From the NCBI GenBank assembly GCA_951406725.2, contig OX597814.1, positions 123,194,001 through 123,258,000 on the forward strand: 64,000 nucleotides of DNA. Direction: 5' to 3'. Below, in pieces: positions 37,976-49,696 of the stretch (within the stretch, counting starts at the first letter, position 1; every line of letters starts with the position of its first letter). The DNA comes from Octopus vulgaris (taxonomy: Eukaryota). The notes beneath the pieces are model-generated. The model was not told where the DNA came from and did not search any database. It saw nothing but the letters and a program-made list of their open reading frames with translations. The position numbers and the translations under genes were made by a program.

Positions 37976-38766
37976 ATATATATATATATCTGTATAGCCG
38001 GCCGCCAACACTTTTTTCTGCAAAATAGGGGTAGCTTATCCTGTTCGGGCTATATTATAAGCATTATCCTGCGTTTGAGAATTTAAAATCACTTCTTTAA
38101 CTTTCTAAGACATCTCTACGCTTCTAAAGGAAACTTCGTTTATTTGTTTACGTTCATCATAATTTGAATTACACACACACACACACTATACATTTTCTGT
38201 ATCTTAAGTTCCTTCATGACAGGAAGAAAAAAAAAGATTCATTTGACAGTTCGATGATAATTTATCATTGATGAATAAAGTATCGAGCTGGCATTGGAAA
38301 GTCTTGTACGAATTAGATATTATGTTATAGCTTTAAAGTTCATACATCTGGTAACAATCTCTAAGGATAATTGCCTGTGTCGCTTCGTTTAACTTTGTGA
38401 CAACATTTTAATGCTTGTGAATGATAAGCAGCTTGGAAAAGAAATCCTAGCTGCAAAATGTGATATATTTTACCTTTCAGATAAATGTGAGAAGCCGAAC
38501 AATTACAAGATAAAAATGCAAATCTTTTATTTTGAAAAGAGGCTACTAGTGCTTTTCTTGGAATACTTAACGTATTCGAGGAAAATACTGGCCATAAGGA
38601 GATGCCAACCATTGATATTATTAAGGAGGAATTGCAAAGAGATATTTCAATGTACATAGGCCATTTGAAGAAACTGCACAATGATTTGAAAATTAGATTG
38701 AAAGATCTCCTAGAAGCGAGCATTCCAAGCTGGATGATTAACCCATTCGGGACAACTGCAACTGAA

Positions 38767-39254
38767 TGGAGGCGCAATGGCCTAGTGGTTAGTGCAGTGA
38801 ACTCGCGGTTGTAACAACGCGGTTTCGATTCCCATACCGGGCATTGTGAGTGTTTATTAAACAAAAACACCTAAGCTCCACGAGGCTCCGGCAGGTGGGG
38901 GGTGAATCCCGCTGTACTCTTTCTCTCACTCTTTCTTCCTATTTCTGCCACAAAGCAGAGGAACCATGGTGTAACCCATTATGGTGTGGTAAACTTTCAG
39001 ACCCTAGTCTAGATTGCGAATCCTCTGTACCCCAGGATGGTTCGACTCTCCACCCGTTAAAAGCCACCGTTTACGGAATGCGGATAACAACGTAACTTTC
39101 GCGCCCGTGCAACCGCCAGTCTATCGCGTGTGGTGGGTGGATCTTCAAGTTGCCACACGCATTCTTAGTAGCTTAGAGTAGGCTCAAACTAGAAACTATT
39201 CTTTGTGGCCAATGGCGAGAGACCTGATTGGAAGAAGAAGAAGAAGAAGAAGAA
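38767..39254 (+). mobile_element. SINE family C (H2 plus T3), full length, inserted in the hAT ORF
   Basis: tRNA head with GGTTTCGATTCCC and a (GAA)n tail. Flanking duplication TGCAACTGA (38757-38765) / TGCAGCTGA (39255-39263). Confidence 0.9.
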
Positions 39255-40649
39255 TGCAGCTGATGTTAGTATCAGACTGCAAGAAAACCATATTGACCTG
39301 TTGAGTAATCAGTCTAAATTTATTCATGAACTCAACAACTTACAGACAAGACGTGAAATTGCTACGAAAGTCCTATTGCTTTGGCAGGAAGTATAGTTAT
39401 ATTTCCTTACAAGTTGAGTCAGGTTTTAACCGAGTATCATTTCTAGCTCGCAATCGCTTACAAATTGTTAAGTAGAGGTTATTTTCATTTGTCACTAACA
39501 AACATGACCCTGGTATTAAAAAACTTGCGAAACTGTATCAGCCACAATGATCTCACTGAATAAATACAGTGAAGGTAATATGATTTCTCTTTTTTTTTAT
39601 ATTTTGCCACAGGATTTTATTTTTGTGCTTAAAAGCTATTCATGTTTTAGAGGTTATTATTTTTCTAGGTTTTAATAGAAGTTTTTGTTATGCGTGTTAT
39701 ATCAGAAAATAAAGTACGGTTGTAATTTATAGTTTTATTTAACTCACAAAATATTTTCGCTTTCGTGCAATAGAATAATAGAGAATAAATGTGCAATTAA
39801 TAGATACTGATATTTTTATGAAATTTATTACCTTAATGGTAGAAAACAGGTCGCCTTTGATAGCAATTTTTTTAATGTTTACTACTACAAATTTTTACTC
39901 AAAAATTTTTATTACAAATTTTTAATTTTTAAATTTTCATAGAAATAAATTTCATGATAATAAAACTAATTAAAAGCAATATTCGAAAATTCGTTATTAT
40001 TCGATAAATTTTACAAATTTTATTTTTGTTAAAAGTTTTCAATTATTTCAAGTGACCTGCTTTTATTGTTAACCATTTATTTCGAAATTGAAGTGATTTT
40101 TTTCTCACAAATGATATCAGGAGAGGGGGGGAGCTGACAGAAAAATTGAAGATTCCAATAGAGCGTAAGCTAAAAAATAGAAAGAATGGGGACCACTGCC
40201 TCTAGACGACGATGGTAAGTATCCTATGATCAAGTCACAGGCCATTGATCTTATACAGGATGATCAATCAGTTTGTTTTGGAGGAACCAAGACAGCGAGG
40301 TAAATTTCTACAACATTTGAAGGATTTGGTGATCAATGATGTTATTGGAAGCCGACCAACAAATTGTGGAGATCTTTTCACCCGATTTTCACACTGAAGC
40401 TTTCATTCCTGTTTTACATCGGATTTTCCCTGAACTCTGACGTCCTTTTCCGCTGAAAATAGAAATATCGTGAAGAACTTTACTCATGTTTTCCCAAGAG
40501 TAACCAGCTTCTCAACACTAATAGTCATCCATTTGCTCTAGGACCTTATAATGCTGTTAAAATGCTCGTCTTGAAGGCCATCGTTCTTCCTTTCGTGGTA
40601 AAAACCATGGCATAGCAAACTAAAAATAACTAAAGCTATATATGCATGT

Positions 40650-40848
40650 GTGTGCGTGTGTCACCACCGCTTGGCAACCGGTGTTAGTGTGTTTACATCC
40701 CTCGTTACTTAGCGGTTCGGCAAAACACACCGATAGAATAAGTACCTGGATCAAAAGAAAAGTACTGGGGTCAGTTCATTCAACTAAAATACTTCAAAGC
40801 AGTGCTCCAGTATGGCTTCAGTCTAATGACAGAAACAAGTGAAAGAAA
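40650..40848 (+). mobile_element. SINE-A 3' half
   Basis: CTTAGCGGTTCGGCAAAA..GATAGAATAAGTAC..GAAACAAGTGAAAG. Confidence 0.8.
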
Positions 40849-41071
40849 ACAGATAAGGATTAAAGTTGGATATTAACGTCTTCTCAGTTCCTTTGTGAAA
40901 GTATATTTTTTTCACGTAAGTGGGTGTACAGAAAGATAGAGAGATAGACAGGTAGGTAGGTAGGTAGGTAGGAAGGTAGGTTGGTAGGTAGGTAGGTAGG
41001 TAGGTAGGTAGGTAGGTAGGTAGGTAGGTGGACAGACAGAGAGATAGATGGACAGACAGACAGACAGATAA

Positions 41072-41130
<59 letters not shown>

Positions 41131-41132
41131 TG

Positions 41133-41245
41133 TTTCTTTATTAGCCACAGAGCTGAACACAGACGGGACAAATTACAAAGTAGAGCTTTTCTTTTGGGGG
41201 AGAAAAAAAGGGGGGAAGGTTTTCGATCAAAAGGGATCGTAAAAA
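41133..41245 (-). mobile_element. Tx1/L1-like 3'UTR fragment between GATA arrays
   Basis: Homologous to 834-950. Confidence 0.78.
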
Positions 41246-41257
41246 AAAAGATGGATG

Positions 41258-41326
<69 letters not shown>

Positions 41327-41340
41327 GGACAGACAGATAG

Positions 41341-41596
41341 TACCTCCGAAACGCGCATTGAGTCGAAACAGGGGCAGCTGAAGAAGGGGAATATTCCTTG
41401 TATTGTTTGTCTTGTACTCTGTTTTTTCGTTGTTAAAAAAAGTCCGTTTCCTTGTTTGATATTATGTTTTCGTTTCTCGTTGTGTTCTACGTTTATTTGT
41501 GGTGTCCTGTACTCATATATGCATGTATATATACATATAGATGTAGGTATGTACATATATGTATGTATGCATATGTTTTATTTATTAAATTGTTAT
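41341..41596 (+). mobile_element. Possible Penelope-like pseudo-LTR fragment
   Basis: Hammerhead-like words CCGAAACGCG and CTGAAGA, followed by a T-rich tract similar in style to 51700-52290. Confidence 0.35.
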
Positions 41597-41672
<76 letters not shown>

Positions 41673-42167
41673 CAGATAGAAGGTGGCATGTAATAGACTC
41701 GAACCCTGCTTAGCTACACAACCATCCCTGTGTTCTTATACTGGTATGAAGCAATAAAAACGAAAAAAAGAAAAGAAAAAGTAACCCACTCCCCGCTCCT
41801 CATCCAAAATTTATTTCGCTGTTGGTAGTAATTGAACCTGCCAAGCTGCTTATAACAAACATGCCTGTTTGTTTCTCCACTTTTATTTATATCGAGAGAG
41901 ATATACTATTGAGATAAAGTTGTTTAAAATGAACAAACAAGCAAACTCCATGTCTGCCAGCCAAAATCATCATTTATATTGTTTGGCCAATAATATATTG
42001 CCACTGCTGCTCTCTGTCGGCCACCAAACTTAATCTCAGTCCAGCTAATCACACTGGACGCGACGTAGGTAATGGTGGGGGTCGTGGGGGTCGTCGTCTT
42101 CGTGGCAACGGTGGTGCTGGCAGAGACGGTAGTGACGGCGCCGTAGAGATGGCGGTAGTGTTTCTGC

Positions 42168-42403
42168 AGAAGGCGGCGAGCTGGCAGAATCGTTAGCACG
42201 CCGGGCGAAATGCGTAGCCGTATTTCGTCTGCCGTTACGTTCTGAGTTCAAATTCCACCGAGGTCGACTTTGCCTTTCATCCTTTCGGGGTCGATTAAAT
42301 AAGTACCAGTTACGCACTGGGGTCGATGTAATCGACTTAATCCGTTTGTCTGTCTTTGTTTGTCCCCTCTGTGTTTAGCCCCTTGTGGGTAGTAAAGAAA
42401 TAA
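42168..42403 (+). mobile_element. SINE-B, full length, young
   Basis: Perfect 13-bp TSD GTAGTGTTTCTGC at 42155-42167 and 42404-42416. Confidence 0.95.
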
Positions 42404-43429
42404 GTAGTGTTTCTGCTGGGACTGATGGTGGTTGTGATGTTGTTTAGCCCCAGTTCAGCGTTAATTGAATAGCTCTATTGTCAAAAATATTCCATCCATG
42501 ACCATCCGGCTTTTTTAAAGGGTATTAAGGACTACATCCTCCACAGTACCCTTCCGTTATTTTTGATAATTGAGAAATGGAGTGTTGATTTGAGGAATAT
42601 CTGACTGCTATTTCAAGCAGGTCGGTATGACCGCCTGAGTTTCGTTCCTTGATAGTGTCTATTTGTGGTCGTAGCTATGATGGTAGCGCTGGTGGTGGTG
42701 GCGGCGCTGGTGGTTTCGATGGAAAATTTTATACTAATGGTTGTTATGGTGTATCGGATGAACTCCAGATTCCCATCACCACCATCAACACCACCTTCAA
42801 TCCCACCATCACCACCTCCACCACTCCATATCTACGATTTGTTGATAATTATATTTTTATTTCTAAACTTTGCACTGTTTTCTAACTCCCACGACCTGTC
42901 TGACATTATCTCCATTCTTTAACAGAACAGGCGAGCTCAAGGAAAACAAGAAGAAAATTTCGAGAAGAAAAACAAGACAAAACAATACCAAAGAAAAATT
43001 TGGTAAAATCTAAACGAACTTGAAGTAAAATTGGACGAATTCCATTTGAACATTTAGATTGCAACACGTTCTTGTCTTATCAGTTGTATCTATGGAAACA
43101 TCGCTGAGTTTTCCCAACATCTCTTCGGCAATACCAGCAGCTTGGAAGTAGGAAGCTGAAGGAAACGGAGAAATAAGGAAGAGGAAAAAAAGTAGCCAAA
43201 CAAATAACAACAACAACGGCAGTTTATAACAGCATAAACAAAGAAGAAGAAGAAGAAGAAGAAATAAAACAAAGCAAAAAAAATAAAATAATGAAGATGA
43301 GCAAAGGAAAATGGCGGAAGTGAAGGAAAAAGACGACGAGAAAAACAATACAAACAAATGAAGTGAAATTTTATGGTTGTTTTGTCCTAAAACTCTTAAA
43401 AATCTATATGAACAACAACAACAACGAGT

Positions 43430-43513
43430 TGAAGAAGAAGAAGAAAGAAGAAGAAGAAGAAGAAGAAGAAGAAGAAGAAGAAGAAGAAGAAGAAGAAGAA
43501 GAAGAAGAAGAAG
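43430..43513. repeat. (GAA)n microsatellite
   Basis: Read directly. Confidence 0.95.
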
Positions 43514-44434
43514 AAACAACTACTACTATTACTACTACTACTACTGCTATTACAACGGTGGCCATGACCATAACGACGACGATATCAACAATGTTAGCGA
43601 CGCCATAGTAAACAATGTGAAAGCATCTTTGAAATTCTATAATTATTTACATCAGCAAGTATAGATTGTTATTAAAGAAGACTTTCGGTAAATGTTCAGT
43701 GAAACGGAGCAGTCAAAACAAGTGAAGGGTCGATGGAAGCCTAACTTAGCATTTCCGATAGTCTGCCCGTGTTTTGTCTAACTCTCTTGCTTTAATATGG
43801 CGTTCAAACACATTGGCGTTATTATTGTTGTTAATGTATCATATTGTTGATTAATTCATGGCAAACAGATTTTACAATTGGAAGCAAAACAGAACTATTT
43901 TTATGAAGTGAAACTGTTTTGAAGAAAGATATATTTTATATCTTCATTGCCAACTAATTCACTTATGTCTGGGTGTATTTATATACCGGACACTAGATTG
44001 AAAATAGATTCACTGCTAACCGAGTCGATAGAATGTCGCCCAACATATCTAAAGCTCAATGTGTCAGTTAACTGCAGTTTGTTACCGTGTGGATAATGAA
44101 AGTGTTATGTAACCGGTGAGTGTTTTGATAGCTTGCAATGCCGAGTTCAAATTCTCTCCAGGGCATTGAGAAAGCACCAAAAAACTATCTTGGTGCATTC
44201 TTCCCAGGAAGAGGAAAATTTCTGTGATGATCACACAAACCAAAAAGAGCAACGTTGTGTTCCAAAGATATGCCCCCACTCACAAAGAATCAGAGGAAAC
44301 CGAGAAAATAGATTTCCCTTGGTTTCAATGTTGAGTGCTCCAAATGTTCGATCAACGGAATGGCCTACTCACAGTAGCTAGGACATGTGCCACCTGGATA
44401 GTCCTTCAGTTTGCCGCCTGTACAGGCTTATACA

Positions 44435-44670
44435 TATTTCCTTACTACTCACAAGGGACTAAACACAGAGGGAACAAACAAGGACAGACAAACGGATTAA
44501 GTCGATTACATCGACCCCAGTGTTTAACTGGTACTTATTTAACCGACCCCGAAAGGACGAAAGGCAAAGTCGTCCTCGGCGGAATTTGAACTCAGAGCGT
44601 AACGGCAGACGAATTACGGCTACGCATTTTGCCCGGCGTGCAAACATTTCTGCCAGATCGCTGCCTTAAA
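44435..44670 (-). mobile_element. SINE-B, full length
   Basis: 19-bp TSD GCCTGTACAGGCTTATACA at 44416-44434 and 44681-44699. Confidence 0.92.
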
Positions 44671-45036
44671 GCCTGTATAAGCCTGTACAGGCTTATACAG
44701 TAGACCCAAAGTACAGCCACCATCAAAGCGTCAACCGAGGTGAACCGCATCCCACCAGCCACGCAACTGCCCACTCATTGAATTAGCGAGTAAGTGGCTA
44801 TTTCACAGGCACATGCACCTGTATCCTTCACGTAATTCTCAAGGAGATCCAGCGTGACAATGTGGACAAGGCTGGATTTTTAAATGTCAGATCCAGTCTA
44901 TTCGACGGGTTCCAAACATTTTCTGCCTACCCAATATCATTCGCAAGACTTGGTGCGACCCGAGGCTATAGAAAATGGAGCCGCATAATAAAATGAACTT
45001 CTTAACTATTCAGTCATGTCTGTATAACAACTAAAT

Positions 45037-45247
45037 AATCCTTTCTACTTAAAGGCACAAGGCCTGAAATTTTGGGGGAGGGGCAACCTCAGTACGCAAC
45101 TGGTACTATATTTTAATTTATAGACCCCTGAAAGGATGGTAGACAAAGTCAACCTCGGTGGAATTTGAGCTCAGTACGTAGCGACTGGCGAGAAACCGCT
45201 AAGCATTTCGTCCAGCGTGCTAACGATTCTGCCAGCTCTCCGCCTTA
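45037..45247 (-). mobile_element. SINE-B with the alternative tail
   Basis: GCTAACGATTCTGCCAGCTC..CGCCTT is the reverse complement of the SINE-B head. Confidence 0.82.
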
Positions 45248-46399
45248 GTAATACCTAAATAATAACTGGATGTATTGAATACAGTGACGAAAGTTAGTCA
45301 ATAACTTATTGCCGATTTTATTCAATTGTTACGCAAACACAACTGCGGTGAGTTGGGAAAATGCAAAATATCGTATTGTGAATAACATTCTGTTAGCATC
45401 GTAAATTTCTCTTGTCCTTAGAGTAGTCTGCCAACAATAATACGGAAAGAAGTAAGAAGTTCAAGGCTCGTGTGGGAGAAGCTTGTTAGTGCCTATGTGG
45501 AAGCAAGTCCAAGTGAAATACTCTCTGAAGCAGACAGAAGGAAATTACTTTTTTTTTCTGAGGGATCACCAATATATACTGGCATGAAATTTAATTAGGT
45601 TATTTGCAGTTGGAGGAGAATTAAGTTTATTTAGGTTCACCTCTGATTCACCTAAGAAAATAGCGAATTTCTGACAGGTTAAACAAATACACAATTAGAG
45701 GACGAAGGAAGCAAATGCGAAAATTCAGGTCGCGAATCTGTTATATACCGACTCTGTCTGTGTCCATCAAAGAACGTTAATGCAACATAAAACAAGTCTG
45801 TTCTCAAGTAAGGTACCAAGTTCAAGAAATTAAATCTCCACCACAGAACCTTATTATATATCTACGTCATGACATCACTTTGTTCACCCGCTGTTACTCA
45901 CAATTCTTGGGACAGCCCGAGATTATAATAAATGACACTTGCTCAATATGCCATGCAGAGAGATACACTGCAGGATCTCGAGATTAAACGAAATCTGTAA
46001 CTATTTTGGCTTCACCTGCGACCACCAAAGAACGAAAATTATAACATTAAAACGTATTAAGTTGAAGCTTCAAGTCTGCTCTCAACGCACAAAGTTCTAG
46101 TGATAAGTAGTTTTATCAGTTCAAACCTCAACCATAGAGTCCTTATTGTATGTCTTCTTCACAATATCACTTTGTTCTAAAAGGAAGTCTAATCTTTTTA
46201 CATGGCCCTTGAATTATTGTCTTCGTGATGGAAACACAGATTAGTCCCAATTTTTTCTTAAAGAAATCCTTGTAGAACTCTCTCCCTGCACAGGTTCTCC
46301 TCATTCTGACCATAATCTGTAACAATTTGAATTAAATATAAACTACACACTTCTCCAATACCAAAGTCTAGCTTCAATCTTGGAAAAGTAAAGAAACTT

Positions 46400-46700
46400 T
46401 GATGAAATTGTTTAACTCGTATTTCAAGCCACATTTTCAGGAAAATATTGGCAGAAGAATTTCAAAGTTTTACAGTTCCAGGGGAAAAAACAGGGTGGGG
46501 TGTTTAGTACAGAGACTGGAGGGACGTGAGCGATTAAGAGTGGTGGAAGGTGTGACGAAAAGACCTGGGCGGAAGTGGTATGCAGATAGTTAGTTCAGCT
46601 GTGTGAACGCCATTGAAATAATGATCGAAGTAGCAAAGACAGTAAACAGTGTGTCTGTGAGCCAGTAATTAGAGTCTGGTGGTAATGAAGCATTTACCGA
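46400..46700 (-). mobile_element. Old CR1/L2-type LINE C-terminal relic
   Basis: The minus strand, read with frameshifts, resembles LAHRR..Y.NG.HSAEL..LCTKH...FFP.TVKL*NSSANIF, the FFPRTxxLWNSLP pattern. Confidence 0.45.
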
Positions 46701-47144
46701 TCACCGTTGTTCAAATGAAGAACAAATTGAAGGAAATTTAATTACTCAATAAATTTCGTAAAACTTGGTTCAGTTCGTGTGCTGCGAAGGAATTTATCTA
46801 AATTTAAGAACTTCTTGAAATAATTTTTGTCGACACAGACCATCACTAAATTCTTCTCAGTCTGAGATTTTCATTAGTTAATCTATGTTGGGTAATTCAA
46901 TGAAAGAATCTATCAGAAACTCAATATGTACTGAATTTAGATGTGCATACGGAAGACAATAAATTGAAGTTTTAATGATCTGTAGCATAGAACAAGAGGT
47001 GAATTCCTGGTCCCAGTAAGCCGAAACGGTGTCACAATTTCAGTCCCAGGTTGGAGATATTTCACTTTACCATATATTACAAATGTAGTCAGAAGGAGCA
47101 TGAACGATGCACAATCCGGTTTCTCTTGCCTGAAATATCATTCA

Positions 47145-47545
47145 TTTATTTTACTTAAGCCCTTTTCTCCCTGTAGAGCATAGGCCATCGACGATTATTT
47201 TCGCCACTGTTTTCTACTCTGGTCTGTGAGCGCCGCTCTCGCTAAATGGGGAAAAGAGGAACCTACATATGTCTTTCCAGAGTAGAGTATCCCCGAAGGA
47301 AAGCCGTCCTTTCCCAGATTTTGTTGGTTTTGAATTGTCATCGATGCTTCTGTGACTTATTTTCGAGGTAAGGATGTTTATTGTACACAAGCCATTCTTA
47401 CTTCTGGGAAGAGATTGTTCATATTAGTCCAGCCTCCGTCCATCGACCTGTCCGACATGTGAGGCCCTACTAGGGACATGCAATCTGCTTGCAGAGCTCT
47501 TTCAGGCTCATTGACGCGCATATGCCCTCACATTGCAACAAGGAC
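47145..47545 (-). mobile_element. Internally deleted RTE derivative (5'UTR joined to 3' end)
   Basis: 5' part on the minus strand: CCTTGTTGCAATGTGAGGGC..TCAATGAGCCTGAAAGAGCT..TAGGGCCTCACATGTCGGACAGGTC. 3' part: GTCGATGGCCTATGCTCTACAGGGAG-AAAGGGCTTAAGTAA (VDGLCSTG). Both resemble RTE-clade ends. Confidence 0.55.
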
Positions 47546-47869
47546 TGCACCTTGTGCTGGTACCTGAAATATTAGGTTAAAGATTATTTACTTATCTCTC
47601 AGTAAAAGGGGATATTTCAAGATGGTCCCAAATATATACTGTGTTGATATCTATTATTGTTGTAAATCATGTCATCTAAGGATCACAACAGCATCGAAGC
47701 CCATGAGGTTCGTGAATTCATGAATCTCTTGGAAAAAGGCCTATGGGAACAAATAGGCTTCGATGCTGTTGTGATCCGCCCAACCCATGCCAGCATGGAA
47801 AAATGGACGTTAAATGATGATGATGATGATGATTCTCTCCCCTGCTTTTCTTGATTCCTCATTACATAT

Positions 47870-48161
47870 GTTTGTTGTTGTTTGTTCCTTCTCGAGCCAC
47901 GCCTGACTCATAAGGGCCGGTTTCCCGGTTTCCTTGGCGTATAGGTTCCCCACCTGGACAGGACGCCGGTCCATCGCAGGTGAGCTGCAAAATGCAGGAG
48001 GAAAGAGCGAGAGAAAGTTGTGGCGAAAGAGTCAGCAGAAGTTCGCCAATACTTCCTGCCGGAGCCGCGTGGAGCTTAGGTGTTTCGCCCGATCTGAGAT
48101 TTGAACCCGCGATCCCTCGACCGCGGGTCCACTGCTCTAACCACTAGGTCATGTGCCTCCA
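47870..48161 (-). mobile_element. SINE family C (H2 plus T1)
   Basis: tRNA head, then ACACCTAAGCTCCACG..CTCTTTCGCCACAACTTTC, then CCTGCGATGGACCGGCGTCCTGTCCAGG and a (CAA)n tail. Confidence 0.82.
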
Positions 48162-48701
48162 CCATTACATATGTAATTTTGATTAACTAAACTTTTTTGG
48201 TTCACTAAATTCTGTCAACACCAGATTTACAAAGTATGTTCATAAATGTGAGACCAATTACATATGAGAGTGAAGAAGGGATCTTTCCCTCTCGCCCTAA
48301 ATACAGACGAACATAACCTCCAATATTATTATGCTACGGTGATACAAAATATATCTTCCTCCTATAAATATGTTCTAAACATTAAACATATTTCCACATA
48401 CTGAACTGTTTGGCAATCATGATATGTTAAAAATAACCTCATGTTAGTTCCTTACATTGTTTTAAGATTTATAGCAAGGTTAATAACCTATGTTTTGCAA
48501 TGAAACACTCCCACGTTACAGAGTTCCACCCTTAACAGCCAGTGTTTAAGTATTTAGAAGTTGGTGTTGGAAATATAGTGGTACCCTAGACAATATTTAG
48601 TGGAGACCGACAAACAATTTTTTCAGGCTATTGCTGACTAGTGTTATGACTCAATCGTTCTTTTGCTCTACAGCTTTGTCGCTCTATATCTATATAACCA
48701 T

Positions 48702-49405
48702 AAGGCGGCGAGCTGGCAGAATCGTTAGCACGCCGAGCGAAATGCTTCGCGGTATTTCGTCTGCCGCTACGTTCTGAGTTCAAATTCCGCCGAGGTCGAC
48801 TTTGCCTTTCATCCTTTCAGGGTCGATAAATTAAGTACCAGTTACGCACTGGTGTCGATATAATCGACTTAATCCGTTTGTCTGTCCTTGTTTGTCCCCT
48901 CTGTGTTTAGCCCCTTGTGGGTAGTAAAGAAATAGGTATTTCGTCTGCCATTACGTTCTGAGTTCAAATTCCGCCGAGGTCGACTTTGCCTTTCATCCTT
49001 TCAGGGTCGATAAATTAAGTACCAGTTACGCACTGGTGTCGATATAATCGACTTAATCCGTTTGTCTGTCCTTGTTTGTCCCCTCTGTGCTTATCCCCTT
49101 GTGGGTAATAAAGAAATAGGTATTTCGTCTGCAGCTACGTTCTGAGTTCAAATTCCGCCGAGGTCGACTTTGCCTTTCATCCTTTCGGGGTCGATAAATT
49201 AAGTACTAGTTACGCACTGGTGTCGATATAATCGACTTAATCCGTTTGTCTGTATGTGTGTGTGTTGCTTTATAGATCCATAAAGAAATAGGTATTTCGT
49301 CTGCAGCTACGTTCTGAGTTCAAATTCCGTCGAGTTCGACTTTGCCTTTCATCCTTTCGGGGTTGATAAATAAAGTACCAGTTACGCACTGAGGTTGATG
49401 CAATA
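48702..49405 (+). mobile_element. SINE-B tetramer (one full and three headless units)
   Basis: Junction TAAAGAAATA|GGTATTTCGTCTGC at about 48935, 49119 and 49291. Confidence 0.92.
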
Positions 49406-49696
49406 TAACACTACAGCTCAAGAGAGGAGGAAAATATCCAAATGTATAATTCTATAGCTTTGTGGCTCTAAAGCTCTGTGGTTTCATAGTTATGTACCTC
49501 TCTAATTACCGAGTTTTATAGTACTGTACCTTTATAGTATTGTACCTTTGTTTCACAGCTCTATGTAGCTCTGAAGCTTTAAGGCCCTTGCTCTACATCG
49601 CTTTAAGGTCTTTGCTCTACATCGCTATTGCACCACTGCTCAATGATGTTTTTAGTTCTATACCGCAATATGTTTTTATAGCTTTGTAGCTTCGTT

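Larger units (their letters stand above)
37160..40198 (+). mobile_element. Decayed hAT (Charlie/Buster-type) transposon with nested insertions
   Basis: Transposase relics MYIGHLKKLHNDLKIRLKDLLEASIPSWMINPF (about 38650-38750), LQENHIDL, and RNRLQIV..LSLTN..PGIKKLAKLYQPQ*SH* (to about 39560). Candidate ends CAGCGTTTTCC / GGGACCACTG each lie next to TCTAGA. The element boundaries are inferred. Confidence 0.65.
40935..41680. repeat. (GGTA)n/(GATA)n arrays with inserted fragments
   Basis: Arrays at 40935-41130, 41250-41325 and 41597-41680. Confidence 0.92.

Noticed and set aside
38767-38845. tRNA-like sequences at SINE heads
   Set aside because: They run directly into SINE bodies, vary between copies and lack a clean cloverleaf or terminator, so they are not tRNA genes.
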